DNA from: an uncultured Clostridia bacterium
GTDB lineage: Bacteria; Bacillota; Clostridia; TANB77; CAG-508
NCBI GenBank assembly: GCA_947628415.1
Contig: CANQZU010000002.1
Location: 1-58,840 of the forward strand
Direction of reading: 5' to 3'
DNA: 58,840 bases
Made by a program: the position numbers and the translations under genes
Notes under the pieces: model-generated
Databases searched by the model: none
Told to the model about the DNA's origin: nothing
Seen by the model: only the letters and a program-made list of their open reading frames with translations
Shown here: piece by piece, positions 19,571-28,440 of the stretch
Layout of the letters: every line of letters begins with the position of its first letter
How positions within the stretch are numbered: the stretch's first letter is position 1

Positions 19571-19695
19571 TTAAAATGGCAAATCGTCATCACTTGATAT
19601 GACATCATTATCCATATTTTCTTGTGCTTGAGAATTAACTGGTACACTACTATTTAAAATGCTTTCATCGGTTTTTTTAGGACTATCAGATAGCG
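19571..19695 (-). CDS. ssb: ssb exon 2: disordered linker and acidic tail ending DDDLPF
   Basis: Minus-strand translation gives ..LSLSDSPKKTDESILNSSVPVNSQAQENMDNDVISSDDDLPF*. The frame joins exon 1 (..EEINF + G|CG = Ala). Confidence 0.75.
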
Positions 19696-19909
19696 ATAGG
19701 TAAGACTTTTGATACAATCTCTATCTTTTCCCCCGCTCCACACCGTACATGAGACTTTCACCTCATACGGCGTTCCATCGATTGTTATGCTATTTTGTTA
19801 CATATATAATTTCCAACAATAGCAACAAAATTTTAAAAACAAGATATGGTAATTATATCTTGCTTTTAATTGTGTTTATTATTTTGTTCTGTAATATTAC
19901 GGTATTTTA

Positions 19910-20275
19910 TTATTTTCTTTCTTTTAGATATTTTGTTATATCAATATGTTTTGTTCCTTCCAGGATTATTTTTATTCCATCTTGTAATCCAAGTTTGTAC
20001 ATAAGCTTTTCGGTTAGGTATCCCATTTCACATGATGCATCTTCATATTTTTCAAATGCTTCTAATAGTTCTTTGCTATGTTTGGTGTCTTTTCGAATTT
20101 CACTATCTGTTTGTTCTATTTTTTCCCATAGCTTTTTATATTCTTTATTTTTTGTGATAGCTATATGTAAATCTTCTCCTCTTGTTTCGAATAGTTCCTC
20201 GATAATGCTATCTTTGTCTTCCATATTTAGTTCTTTTTCTAAACATTTTATTATTTTTGTATAGAAATTTTGCAT
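19910..20275 (-). CDS. Hypothetical helical protein, located inside the intron between the RT ORF and domain V
   Basis: AAAGGAGG RBS and ATG 20275 (MQNFYTKIIK..). An intrinsic terminator hairpin at ~19835-19868 follows it. Confidence 0.55.
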   Translation of the reverse strand: MQNFYTKIIKCLEKELNMEDKDSIIEELFETRGEDLHIAITKNKEYKKLWEKIEQTDSEIRKDTKHSKELLEAFEKYEDASCEMGYLTEKLMYKLGLQDGIKIILEGTKHIDITKYLKERK

Positions 20276-20399
20276 TTTATTACCTCCTTTTATTACCGAC
20301 ATGTCGTTATTATATACTGTTTTATTATATTTGTCAACAGTGTGTCGGTAACATTAGGTCGTTAATTCTGTTATATTAGTTGTAGGAGGGGATATTGAT

Positions 20400-20636
20400 A
20401 TGGATTTACAACAAGCATTAAAATGTAGAATATTAGATTTATGTAAGAAGCATAATGTAACAATTAATGGGTTAGCAATGTTATCAGGAATGCCACAATC
20501 GACTTTAAATAGTTTAATTGATGGTTCTAGTAAAAATCCCAAGTTGTTAACTATTTTAAGGTTATGTTTAGGATTAAATATGGAGCTAAAAGAGTTTTTT
20601 GATGATTCAATTTTTAAGAATTTAGATGATGAATAG
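20400..20636 (+). CDS. XRE-family HTH regulator, located inside the intron
   Basis: HTH region ILDLCKKHNVTINGLAMLSGMPQSTLNSLIDG. Divergent from 19910..20275. Its 3' end overlaps the RT stop by 23 nt. Confidence 0.65.
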   Translation: MDLQQALKCRILDLCKKHNVTINGLAMLSGMPQSTLNSLIDGSSKNPKLLTILRLCLGLNMELKEFFDDSIFKNLDDE

Positions 20637-22503
20637 CTGTTATTGTTGGTAGTTTTGCATACTCTCTTAACTTGTTTAACTTTTCAATTTGCTTGCTATT
20701 GAGTTTTAATTTTTTTAAGTATTTTGATATAACTTCATTGTTATTTGCATGTATAAGTCTATGTACATTTTCTGTTAGGAATGTTAGATTATTGTAATTA
20801 TCTGTTCCTCCATTTTTTATAGGCTTGATATGATGACAGTGCATTTTGCCAATTTTTAATGTTTCTCCTGTTATATAGCATTTTCCTTTTTGTGCTACGT
20901 ATACGGCTAGTCTATTGTCATTGTATTCAATGCTTTTGTTAGGAATATAGTTTTTCATTATATAAATTAGCATATATGGATTAATGTTCTCGAGTTCTTT
21001 GTATATTTCTTTTCTACCTTCCTTTGTGTATTTATTAACTTTTGATTTTTTGTACATAGGTCGTTTATGTTTAACATATCCAATAGGTAATATTACAGAG
21101 TTAAATATATATCTTATTTGTTCGCTTTTGTAATATTTAATAGGTAGGCATTTTGTTTTGTTATTATCTTTTGGTGTTTTCCTAATACCATCTATTTTTT
21201 TGAGTTCTTTGTTGACTATAAAGGCAATTTCTTTTATTTGTTTTGTTATGTGCGTTGCCATGTTGTAATAGTTGTGCACTCCCATAACATAAGCATTATA
21301 GTTATTGATTGTTTTATAGTTTTTTGTACTGTCAGTACATTTCTTGATTTCTTTGATATGTTCTTTTACTTTGGATTTAATTCTTTTGAATGCTTTATCG
21401 TTGATGTATGATTTTATAACGTAATTGTCCTTTCCGTTTTTCTTTTTGCCTTTTTTTCTTGCTGTTATTTTTATGCCTAGAAATTCTGAGTAATGTCGAT
21501 GGATATTGACAATTTTTGATTTTTCCTCGTTTATGTCTAAGCCTAATCTTTCTTTTAGCCACATTTTTGTTGCAATGAAAATTCGTTCTGCATCATTTTT
21601 GTTATTACAAAATATTTTGAAATCATCTGCATATCTAACAATAAAACATTCTTTAAGTTTTGTGGTGGTTCTTAGTGCTCTGTATGTTCCTCCTCGACCT
21701 GTTCGGTTACTTGTATTGTATTTGTGTCTGGTTGGAATATTTTCCCACTGGCTCGCGATCCACCAGTCTAATTCATTAAGTACAATGTTTGCAAATAATG
21801 GGGATATTATACCTCCTTGTGGTGTGCCTTTTTCTGGAAAACCAATTCCTGCTATTTCGGCTTTTAACATTGCTGATATAATGCTTATTAGCTTTTTGTC
21901 TCTGATGCCTAGCGACCACATTTGTTTTAGTAATTTTGCGTGTTGAACATTGTCAAAGAAACCTTTTATATCAATATCAATAACATATTGTAAGTTGTTT
22001 ATTTGTATATGTCTGTATGTTTGTGCAATAGCATGTTCCGCACTTCTGCATGGTCTAAATCCATTATTTCTTTCATGAAATTTTGCTTCGCATATTGGTT
22101 CTAATACTTGTAAAATACTTTGTTGTATTATTCTGTCAATAATTGTTGGTATTCCCAATGGTCTGGTTTTCCCATTTGGTTTTGGGATTTCAACTCTTCT
22201 AACTGCTTTTGGCTCATACCATTCAAGTTTTTTCCTAATATGTTTAATTATATTTTCTGTTTTCCACCTTGATATGTCATTAATGGTTAATTTATCCGTA
22301 CCTGCTGTTTTGCTACCTTTATTTTTTTTAATATTTCGATATGCAAGTAGTATATTTTCTTCAAGGGTGATTATGTCCATAAGTTTTGTAAAGACTTTAT
22401 TATTCTTGCTCTGTTGATATAGTTTGTCTTGAATTTCTTGAAAATTGTAATACTCTGCATTTCTTAATTTTTTTATTTTTGTTGCTTTTCTTTTTGTTGT
22501 CAA
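20614..22503 (-). CDS. Group II intron reverse transcriptase/maturase with an HNH endonuclease domain
   Basis: RT motifs RPLGIPTIIDRIIQ and FIVRYADDFKIF, a maturase X region, and HNH (HCHHIKPIKNGGTDNYNNL..H). Confidence 0.9.
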   Translation of the reverse strand: MTTKRKATKIKKLRNAEYYNFQEIQDKLYQQSKNNKVFTKLMDIITLEENILLAYRNIKKNKGSKTAGTDKLTINDISRWKTENIIKHIRKKLEWYEPKAVRRVEIPKPNGKTRPLGIPTIIDRIIQQSILQVLEPICEAKFHERNNGFRPCRSAEHAIAQTYRHIQINNLQYVIDIDIKGFFDNVQHAKLLKQMWSLGIRDKKLISIISAMLKAEIAGIGFPEKGTPQGGIISPLFANIVLNELDWWIASQWENIPTRHKYNTSNRTGRGGTYRALRTTTKLKECFIVRYADDFKIFCNNKNDAERIFIATKMWLKERLGLDINEEKSKIVNIHRHYSEFLGIKITARKKGKKKNGKDNYVIKSYINDKAFKRIKSKVKEHIKEIKKCTDSTKNYKTINNYNAYVMGVHNYYNMATHITKQIKEIAFIVNKELKKIDGIRKTPKDNNKTKCLPIKYYKSEQIRYIFNSVILPIGYVKHKRPMYKKSKVNKYTKEGRKEIYKELENINPYMLIYIMKNYIPNKSIEYNDNRLAVYVAQKGKCYITGETLKIGKMHCHHIKPIKNGGTDNYNNLTFLTENVHRLIHANNNEVISKYLKKLKLNSKQIEKLNKLREYAKLPTITAIHHLNS

Positions 22504-23219
22504 AGTCGGCTCCTCCTTTCGGAATTGCCTTTCTTAGTCATACTCGAACCTTTGATTATTATATATTAACTGTTTATCATTGTTCAATCGACTTGTGCCC
22601 TTTCCTCCACTACTTGTTATCATAGCTTCATAGGTACTATGACACTACTATCAGTTAGATAGAAGTAAGTTATATTATTTCTAAATTTCCTTACTACCGT
22701 TTCATAGCGTGTAGTCGCTCCACGTTCTAACCTTTCAGCGTTCCGATAATCTTATCTTTACATATATTTTTAGGCGTATCCTCTGGTCCTGTATGCTTGA
22801 TTATGCCTGTAACATAATAAGGTATTTCATAACTTCGATTTTTACTTTACCTCACATACGCCAATTTAATGGCTATATCATTTCTAATATATAATCATTT
22901 AGAACCGTACATTCGGATATTTGTCAGTAAATTCTTTACATTCTCACCATGAATATTTTATAGACCTCCGGCATATAGGATACATCTTGTACCTCTACAA
23001 GACTTTCCTTAATTGTCCTATGACTATTACTAGGGTATCTCTCTGCCGACTTCTACGAGCTCTAGAACAGTTTAATAACTACATATTATTCCGCCCTTCG
23101 TAGTCTTAAGGTAGGCGTTTTATGGCGTTACCCATTCATTCCACCTATCAGATTATCAGTTCTATAAATTATATAAATATAACTTATGTCTAATCTTTTC
23201 AATTAGAAACGCTTCGCAC

Positions 23220-23526
23220 CAAAATTAATTTCTTCAGCAATAATTTCCGTTATATAATGTTTTGTGCTATTATCATCAGTCCATACACGAGTTTGAATTC
23301 TACCACATACGCATATTTGTAATCCTTTATCTAAGTGTTTTTCTGTAAAATCAGCAAGTTTAGAATATGCGACTATATTTATAAAATCTGCTTGTCTTTC
23401 CTCTCCTGGTTTTACATATTGTCTATTTACAGCAAGTGTAAAATTTGCAACTTTAGTATTGTTCTTTTGTGAAACTTTAATTTCTGGTGCTTTTGTAAGC
23501 CTTCCTAATAATATTGATTTATTCAT
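23220..23526 (-). CDS. ssb: ssb exon 1: OB-fold of a single-stranded DNA-binding protein
   Basis: MNKSILLGRLTKAPEIK...ANFTLAVNR..ADFINIVAYSKLADF..KGLQICVCGRIQTRVW. The track ORF runs 17 nt into the intron before a stop. Confidence 0.85.
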
Positions 23527-23544
23527 AATTTTTTACCTTCCTTT

Positions 23545-23910
23545 CTAATTATTCCATTTATAATTAAATTTACTTGAATATTTTTTTAGTATTTTTACAT
23601 TGATATCACAATAGTCAATAGATTCTTTTTTTGAAGTTGCATAAATACTAAAATTTGATTTTGTTATTACCTGTTCGATAACTCCTAACTTTAACAAAAA
23701 TTTAGTCATACCAGCATTTTCCATATAATTTTTAATTGTTGCTGTATTTTCTTCATATAAATAGTCTCTTTTCATTACAGTGCAATCATAAATTCTATTA
23801 CCGTTTTCATCTAAAATTATAATAGCCATTGCATCTGGATTTTCTAAGTAATTTTCTACTTGAAAGCTGCAATGTTTATGCTTTTTATATGTAAATGTTT
23901 TATATTCCAT
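23545..23910 (-). CDS. Hypothetical protein, DUF4313-like, paralogue of 27936..28298
   Basis: Similar size and pattern to 27936..28298 (..LENPDAMAIIILDENGNRIYDCTV.. versus ..NGNLQLSLFGIDPETNETAHFADIT..). The family name is from recall. Confidence 0.4.
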   Translation of the reverse strand: MEYKTFTYKKHKHCSFQVENYLENPDAMAIIILDENGNRIYDCTVMKRDYLYEENTATIKNYMENAGMTKFLLKLGVIEQVITKSNFSIYATSKKESIDYCDINVKILKKYSSKFNYKWNN

Positions 23911-23927
23911 AATTAACCTTCCTTTCC

Positions 23928-24212
23928 TTAATCATCCTTTCTTACTACTATAAATTTTAAAATTTCATCTGTAATCCTATAAATTCTTTCTAATTCAACA
24001 ATGCTTTCAGGCTCTGCCATAAATTCTATGATATAGTAGTAGCCTTCTTTATTTTTCTTAATTTCATAAGCTAATTTCCTTTTGCCGATATCTTCAGTTT
24101 TCTCAATTTCTCCATTTTCTTGGATATAGTTTTTTACTTTTTCTATTGCATTATTTCTACTTTCTTCGGAAATAGTAGAATTTAAAATCATTACTGTTTC
24201 ATATTTGTTCAT
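23928..24212 (-). CDS. rpsF: Ribosomal protein S6 (bS6) paralogue
   Basis: MNKYETVMILNS..EE....G.I...EDIGKRKLAYEI...EGYYYII.F.....IVELERIYRITDEILKFIVVRKDD matches the S6 pattern known from Bacillus RpsF. Confidence 0.75.
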   Translation of the reverse strand: MNKYETVMILNSTISEESRNNAIEKVKNYIQENGEIEKTEDIGKRKLAYEIKKNKEGYYYIIEFMAEPESIVELERIYRITDEILKFIVVRKDD

Positions 24213-24232
24213 AATAAAATCCTTCCTTTCTT

Positions 24233-24649
24233 TTATGCAGCGATTTTAAACATTTCTTGTTTATTACGCTTTGCATTTTTTTGTTTCATTTTTCTTTGAT
24301 TTGAATAATATTCTTCAAGATATTCCTCTTTATATGTTTCAATCTTCTTTTGGTGTCTTCTAAGTTTAAACATATTAGTATATTTTCTAATGTCTTTCTT
24401 TTTCATAGAAATTCTACGCCTATTTTTTATAGAGACAACAAAAAATGTCCCCAATATAATATTTCCGCCAACAATTCTATTAAATTCATCGTGAGGGGCA
24501 TTTTTATTGGCAATGAGTGTAGTATTTTCATTTAGTTTAATTCTAAATAAATTCTCCCCAATAAATGCTTTGATATATTTTATACTTGCTGGTATTTTTA
24601 CAACTTGTGCCTCTTTTCCTGGCATAACTAATAAAACTTTGATTTTCAT
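24233..24649 (-). CDS. DUF3846-like protein
   Basis: MKIKVLLVMPGKEAQVVKIP....IKAFIG.......L.ENTTLIANKNA....FNRIVGGNIILGTFFVV fits the DUF3846 pattern, by recall. Confidence 0.5.
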   Translation of the reverse strand: MKIKVLLVMPGKEAQVVKIPASIKYIKAFIGENLFRIKLNENTTLIANKNAPHDEFNRIVGGNIILGTFFVVSIKNRRRISMKKKDIRKYTNMFKLRRHQKKIETYKEEYLEEYYSNQRKMKQKNAKRNKQEMFKIAA

Positions 24650-24710
24650 ATGTATTTCCTTCTTTCTTTTTTATTATTAAGAAAAAGACAGATTTCTCTG
24701 CCTCTTCTTG

Positions 24711-26411
24711 TTATGCAGCTTTTTTCTCTGCTACATTATTTTTGTTTATAAATATCGTTTTGTATCCTATTATAGTAGGTTTAATAATTTTGCAATTATC
24801 TTTATTAGTATAATCTGCAATTTTGAGGAAATTGCCCTTTTCTACCTTTGATACGATAACTTGTGCATTTTCTGCGTAATTTTTTATAAAGTCATAGTCG
24901 GCACAACTTTCATAATCATCAATAAAAATAGGAAAGTTAGCTTTTGAAATTTGATTAAACATATTAGCAAATTCTAAAGCAGTGGCAACTGTTTCTGATC
25001 TCGATAAATCAGATAAAGGAGTATTCTTATAAGTAATTATAAAATCCTCTTTTATTTCACCAGTAGTTTTTAGCACAGAATAGAATTTTATATCTACATC
25101 TTTTAAGTACTGTTTTGCTAATTTCATTTTTTCTTCAATATAAGAAATATACAATTTTTGAGCCACTTTTTTTGCTTTGTTTAAATCATCAATACATTTA
25201 GCATGTGTTTGTTTTTGTTTATTAAAATTTGAAATATCTGCTTTTGCATTTTTTATAGTATTCTCTTTTAGTGTAACTTCATTATTAAATTTTTCAATTT
25301 CTAACTTTTCATTTTCTAATTGTTTAATATTATCCTCTATAATAGTAATTCTTTTGCTCTTCTCAATAGTTGGATTTCCTTCTAATGCGTGGTATTTACA
25401 TTTTTCAGTCGTTAATTTTAATTTTAAATCCTTTACTTGTGTTTCTAATAGATTTCTTTTATCATATTTTGAGATTAAGTCATTGTACATATTTGTAATA
25501 GTTTGTTTTTTACTTTCATCTTGTATATGCTGACCACAAGTAGGGCAGAGAGAGGATACACCTGTTTTTATTTCAAGATACTTTTTCTTACCAATTTTCA
25601 TAGATGTTTCAAGTTCGCTAAATTCTGTTTCTTTTGATAAAATATCTCTTTCTAACTCATTTATTAATTTCTTTTGCTTTTCTTTATCAATAATATTTTG
25701 ATTCGTGTTTAGATAAGAAAGTTCTTGTCTAGCAAGGGATAATTCCTCATCTTTTTCAAAAGTTTTTAGACTTGGTACTTTGCCATCTGCAATATTTTGA
25801 GCATATTCAATTTTCCCATTTAAAGCCATGATAGTATTATCAGATTTTTTTATATTTTCATTTAATTCTGTAATATATGTTGGTATATCTTTGGGTATTC
25901 CTTCTAAAATTTCTTGTTCATCTTTACTTAAACTTTTATAAACGATTTCCATTAAATTATTAGGACATATATCTGATAAATATTTGTCAACAAGTTCTTT
26001 TTGTTCAGCTGGCTTTTTAGATAAAAAGTATAACGGATTCACTATTGATAAAAATAATTTTTTATCTTTATAAACACTAATTAAATCTCTTTGAGTAACA
26101 GTTTTTCCATCTAAAGTAACAAAATTTTTGCTATTATCATATCTGTGTTTTGCACGAATTAAGATATGATCTATTCCTGCATTGTCCGTAAAATGCAATT
26201 CTCCATAAGAAGCATCACAATTTTTATTGATAAGACAGGCTTTTTCATCTCCAGTTAAATTAGTACCTAAAATAATATTGATAATTGCAAATAAAACATT
26301 ACTTTTCCCAGAACGATTTTTCCCACTTATGCTTGTTATATCATAAAGTTCAGTTTCAAATGATTTTTTAAATTTTCTAAAACCAATGGTTTTTACATAA
26401 TTAACTTTCAT
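24711..26411 (-). CDS. SMC/SbcC/Rad50-like AAA ATPase with coiled coils and a CxxC hook
   Basis: Start moved to MKVNYVKTIGFRKF (ATG 26411). Walker A GKNRSGKSN, long heptad-rich middle, CPTCGQ, and a C-terminal FIDDYE. Confidence 0.7.
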   Translation of the reverse strand: MKVNYVKTIGFRKFKKSFETELYDITSISGKNRSGKSNVLFAIINIILGTNLTGDEKACLINKNCDASYGELHFTDNAGIDHILIRAKHRYDNSKNFVTLDGKTVTQRDLISVYKDKKLFLSIVNPLYFLSKKPAEQKELVDKYLSDICPNNLMEIVYKSLSKDEQEILEGIPKDIPTYITELNENIKKSDNTIMALNGKIEYAQNIADGKVPSLKTFEKDEELSLARQELSYLNTNQNIIDKEKQKKLINELERDILSKETEFSELETSMKIGKKKYLEIKTGVSSLCPTCGQHIQDESKKQTITNMYNDLISKYDKRNLLETQVKDLKLKLTTEKCKYHALEGNPTIEKSKRITIIEDNIKQLENEKLEIEKFNNEVTLKENTIKNAKADISNFNKQKQTHAKCIDDLNKAKKVAQKLYISYIEEKMKLAKQYLKDVDIKFYSVLKTTGEIKEDFIITYKNTPLSDLSRSETVATALEFANMFNQISKANFPIFIDDYESCADYDFIKNYAENAQVIVSKVEKGNFLKIADYTNKDNCKIIKPTIIGYKTIFINKNNVAEKKAA

Positions 26412-26415
26412 AGTT

Positions 26416-26625
26416 TTATCTCCTTTTTCCTTTCCTAGAGTAAGGTTTTCGTAAATCTTTTGGTAAAATCCAATCTTCTGTACCATCTTTGAATTGAACA
26501 TGATAGTCCAAATAATAAGGATCTCTCTCAATTATTTTTGCTGGTACATTTTTATAAATTTTTCCATCATTTTGCCCTGTTCCATTTACAATAACCTTAC
26601 TGCCGTTCTTAAATTCATTAAACAT
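26416..26625 (-). CDS. Small hypothetical protein
   Basis: ORF with a GGAG RBS. Its stop is immediately upstream of the ATPase start. Confidence 0.5.
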   Translation of the reverse strand: MFNEFKNGSKVIVNGTGQNDGKIYKNVPAKIIERDPYYLDYHVQFKDGTEDWILPKDLRKPYSRKGKRR

Positions 26626-26741
26626 GGCAAAATTCTCCTTTTTATTTTTGTTTTGAGTATTTACTTTTATCTTTTATTCATGTATAATAAAATAAAGTTA
26701 AGATATGTAACTTGTAGGAATAGTAGTATGAGAGCTCCTGC

Positions 26742-27914
26742 TTATGCTGCTATTTTTTTTAGAGCTTTTTGGATAAACTCTAATTTTACTGCAAATTTAG
26801 TACTTCCAACATCTTGAACATCTAGTCTTACAACTGTCCCTAAATCACATTGTGATAATTCTTCAACATATTCTGGTTTAATGGCAATTTCAGAAACAGT
26901 ATCTTTCATATCTGCAAACTCTCCCATAAAATATTCCTTTTGTTGTCCTTTATTTAATATATTTTTGCTAAAAGTTCGTAATAAAGTATAGCAATTATCA
27001 AGATTCATCTCTGTTGTATCGTTTGCTGTCTTTTCGCTTTTTTCCTGTTCTTTTGAATCTTCTTTTTTAGATTTACGTTTTGCTGTTTTTTTAGTTGATA
27101 CTTTTGTTTCTTCTACAACAGTCCTATTATCTTGTATTTTTTCAGATGTTAAATCTTGTTTTGGGCTTTGACTAATAGAAGGAACAACCGTATTATTTAC
27201 AGTATTTTGATCTAACTCTTGCTGTTCTACTTGATTATTCACATTTTGAGCATTAGTTGTGGATAATTTGTTTTGATTTTGAGTTGTTTGTGGAATTGGT
27301 TTACTTGAATTAAAATCTTCCTTTTTTAAAATATCTAAGACATAATTATTGAAAGTTTTTCCTAAGCTGTTTGCTTGTTCGATTTGTTTTAAAAATAGAG
27401 TATAATGACCTTTTATCGATTTTCCCTGTGCTTTTTGTAGTTTAATATAATCATCTAATTTACTTATTGATGTTTGGCCTGTAATTTTCATTAAAAAAAT
27501 GCGATCTGTACTAACGCTAGGTATTAAAAATTTTAACCAGCCTATACGATTGCACGCACATTTTCCCAATGTATCTTTTTGTCTGTATTCGCATTCAGCA
27601 CCTTTACATTCAATTTGTTGCCATCCGTTTTTTACTCTTTGTGTTGCTTGATTTGAGCCTTGCGGACATCGACATACTTCTCCACTTTGATTATATCTAA
27701 CATATTTTTTTGATAATGGATTTTCACTAAAAAACTCAATATCAATACTTTGTTTTCCTTTGAATAATTTATCAAACTTTTCTACATAGGATTGCATATA
27801 AGCATCTTGTGTTTTTGCTATAAAATAGCCGTATTCTTTTACTTTGTTATCAATTTTTTCTCCATGTTGTACTCTACCAATAATAGGCAAATTTACTAAT
27901 CTTGTTTGTTCCAT
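26742..27914 (-). CDS. Hypothetical protein with a Cys-rich N-terminal domain and a low-complexity linker
   Basis: ORF with RBS GAAAGGAAGG. Cys cluster CRCPQG..CKGAECEY..CACN. No family recognised. Confidence 0.55.
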   Translation of the reverse strand: MEQTRLVNLPIIGRVQHGEKIDNKVKEYGYFIAKTQDAYMQSYVEKFDKLFKGKQSIDIEFFSENPLSKKYVRYNQSGEVCRCPQGSNQATQRVKNGWQQIECKGAECEYRQKDTLGKCACNRIGWLKFLIPSVSTDRIFLMKITGQTSISKLDDYIKLQKAQGKSIKGHYTLFLKQIEQANSLGKTFNNYVLDILKKEDFNSSKPIPQTTQNQNKLSTTNAQNVNNQVEQQELDQNTVNNTVVPSISQSPKQDLTSEKIQDNRTVVEETKVSTKKTAKRKSKKEDSKEQEKSEKTANDTTEMNLDNCYTLLRTFSKNILNKGQQKEYFMGEFADMKDTVSEIAIKPEYVEELSQCDLGTVVRLDVQDVGSTKFAVKLEFIQKALKKIAA

Positions 27915-27935
27915 TTTTTTAACCTTCCTTTCTTC

Positions 27936-28298
27936 TTATGCAGCAACTAATTCTTGCATACAGTATTGCTTTTGATTAATATTTGTTAAATTTACCGTGT
28001 ATATAGGGTAAATTACACTGCTTATAACACAGATACCAACCTGCTCTTTCAAAATGCCTAAATCCATTAGTTGAGGAATTAACGTAGGTTTATATAAGCA
28101 ATCTACAACAATTTCGTTTTCTTTTAGTAACCTACGATTTTGGTCTAGTGTTATATCTGCAAAGTGTGCTGTTTCATTTGTTTCTGGATCAATTCCAAAT
28201 AGACTAAGTTGTAAATTTCCATTCTTGTATCTTGAACTATGAATAAAACAATCTTCAAATACCATTTTGTATAGTTCAAACCTAAAACCACTCTTCAT
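27936..28298 (-). CDS. Hypothetical protein, DUF4313-like; first gene of the long minus-strand operon
   Basis: ORF with a GGAG RBS. Paralogous in pattern to 23545..23910. Confidence 0.45.
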   Translation of the reverse strand: MKSGFRFELYKMVFEDCFIHSSRYKNGNLQLSLFGIDPETNETAHFADITLDQNRRLLKENEIVVDCLYKPTLIPQLMDLGILKEQVGICVISSVIYPIYTVNLTNINQKQYCMQELVAA

Positions 28299-28370
28299 AA
28301 TTTAAAATCTCCTTCCATTATTTTTGTGTAAAAGATTTTTTGATAATCCTCCTTTCTTTTAATTTTGGGT

Positions 28371-28440
28371 AAAAAAAGAGAAAGTAAGTATTCTTAGCGA
28401 TAGGGGGCTTTCGCTTTAAATTTCTTACTTTCTTTTTATT
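28371..28440. other. Nested hairpin with flanking A and T runs, in the leader of the minus-strand operon
   Basis: Outer stem AAAAAGAGAAAGTAAG (28373-28388) pairs with CTTACTTTCTTTTT (28424-28437), leaving a 2-nt bulge. Inner stem AGCGA (28396-28400) pairs with TCGCT (28411-28415). Confidence 0.6.

Larger units (their letters stand above)
19696..23219 (-). mobile_element. Group II intron (~3.5 kb) inserted in ssb. It carries RT-maturase-HNH plus an extra two-gene insert.
   Basis: The 5' end is GTGCGAAGCG at 23219 (minus strand). Domain V is GAACGCCGTATGAGGTGAAAGTCTCATGTACGGTGT at 19738-19775. The 3' end is ..ACCTAT at 19696. Confidence 0.8.

Noticed and set aside
19749-20264. 171-aa plus-strand ORF
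   Set aside because: It is antisense to 19910..20275 and overlaps intron domain V. It is Ser/Phe/Ile-rich and low-complexity, with no RBS.
21506-21946. 146-aa plus-strand ORF inside the RT gene
   Set aside because: It is antisense to a well-supported RT ORF and has no RBS. This is typical AT-rich shadow ORF composition. The same reasoning applies to 22921..23103, which lies within intron RNA domains.
20614-22503. Reverse transcriptase as a retron, DGR or defence-associated RT
   Set aside because: It has maturase X and HNH domains. It sits between a GTGCG 5' end and a canonical domain V, so it is a group II intron IEP. No TR/VR pair or msr/msd-like structure was seen.
23928-24212. Interpreting the S6 gene as evidence that this is the chromosomal rpsF-ssb-rpsR locus
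   Set aside because: There is no rpsR downstream. ssb is intron-split, and the flanking genes are conjugation/establishment-type, so this is more likely an accessory paralogue.
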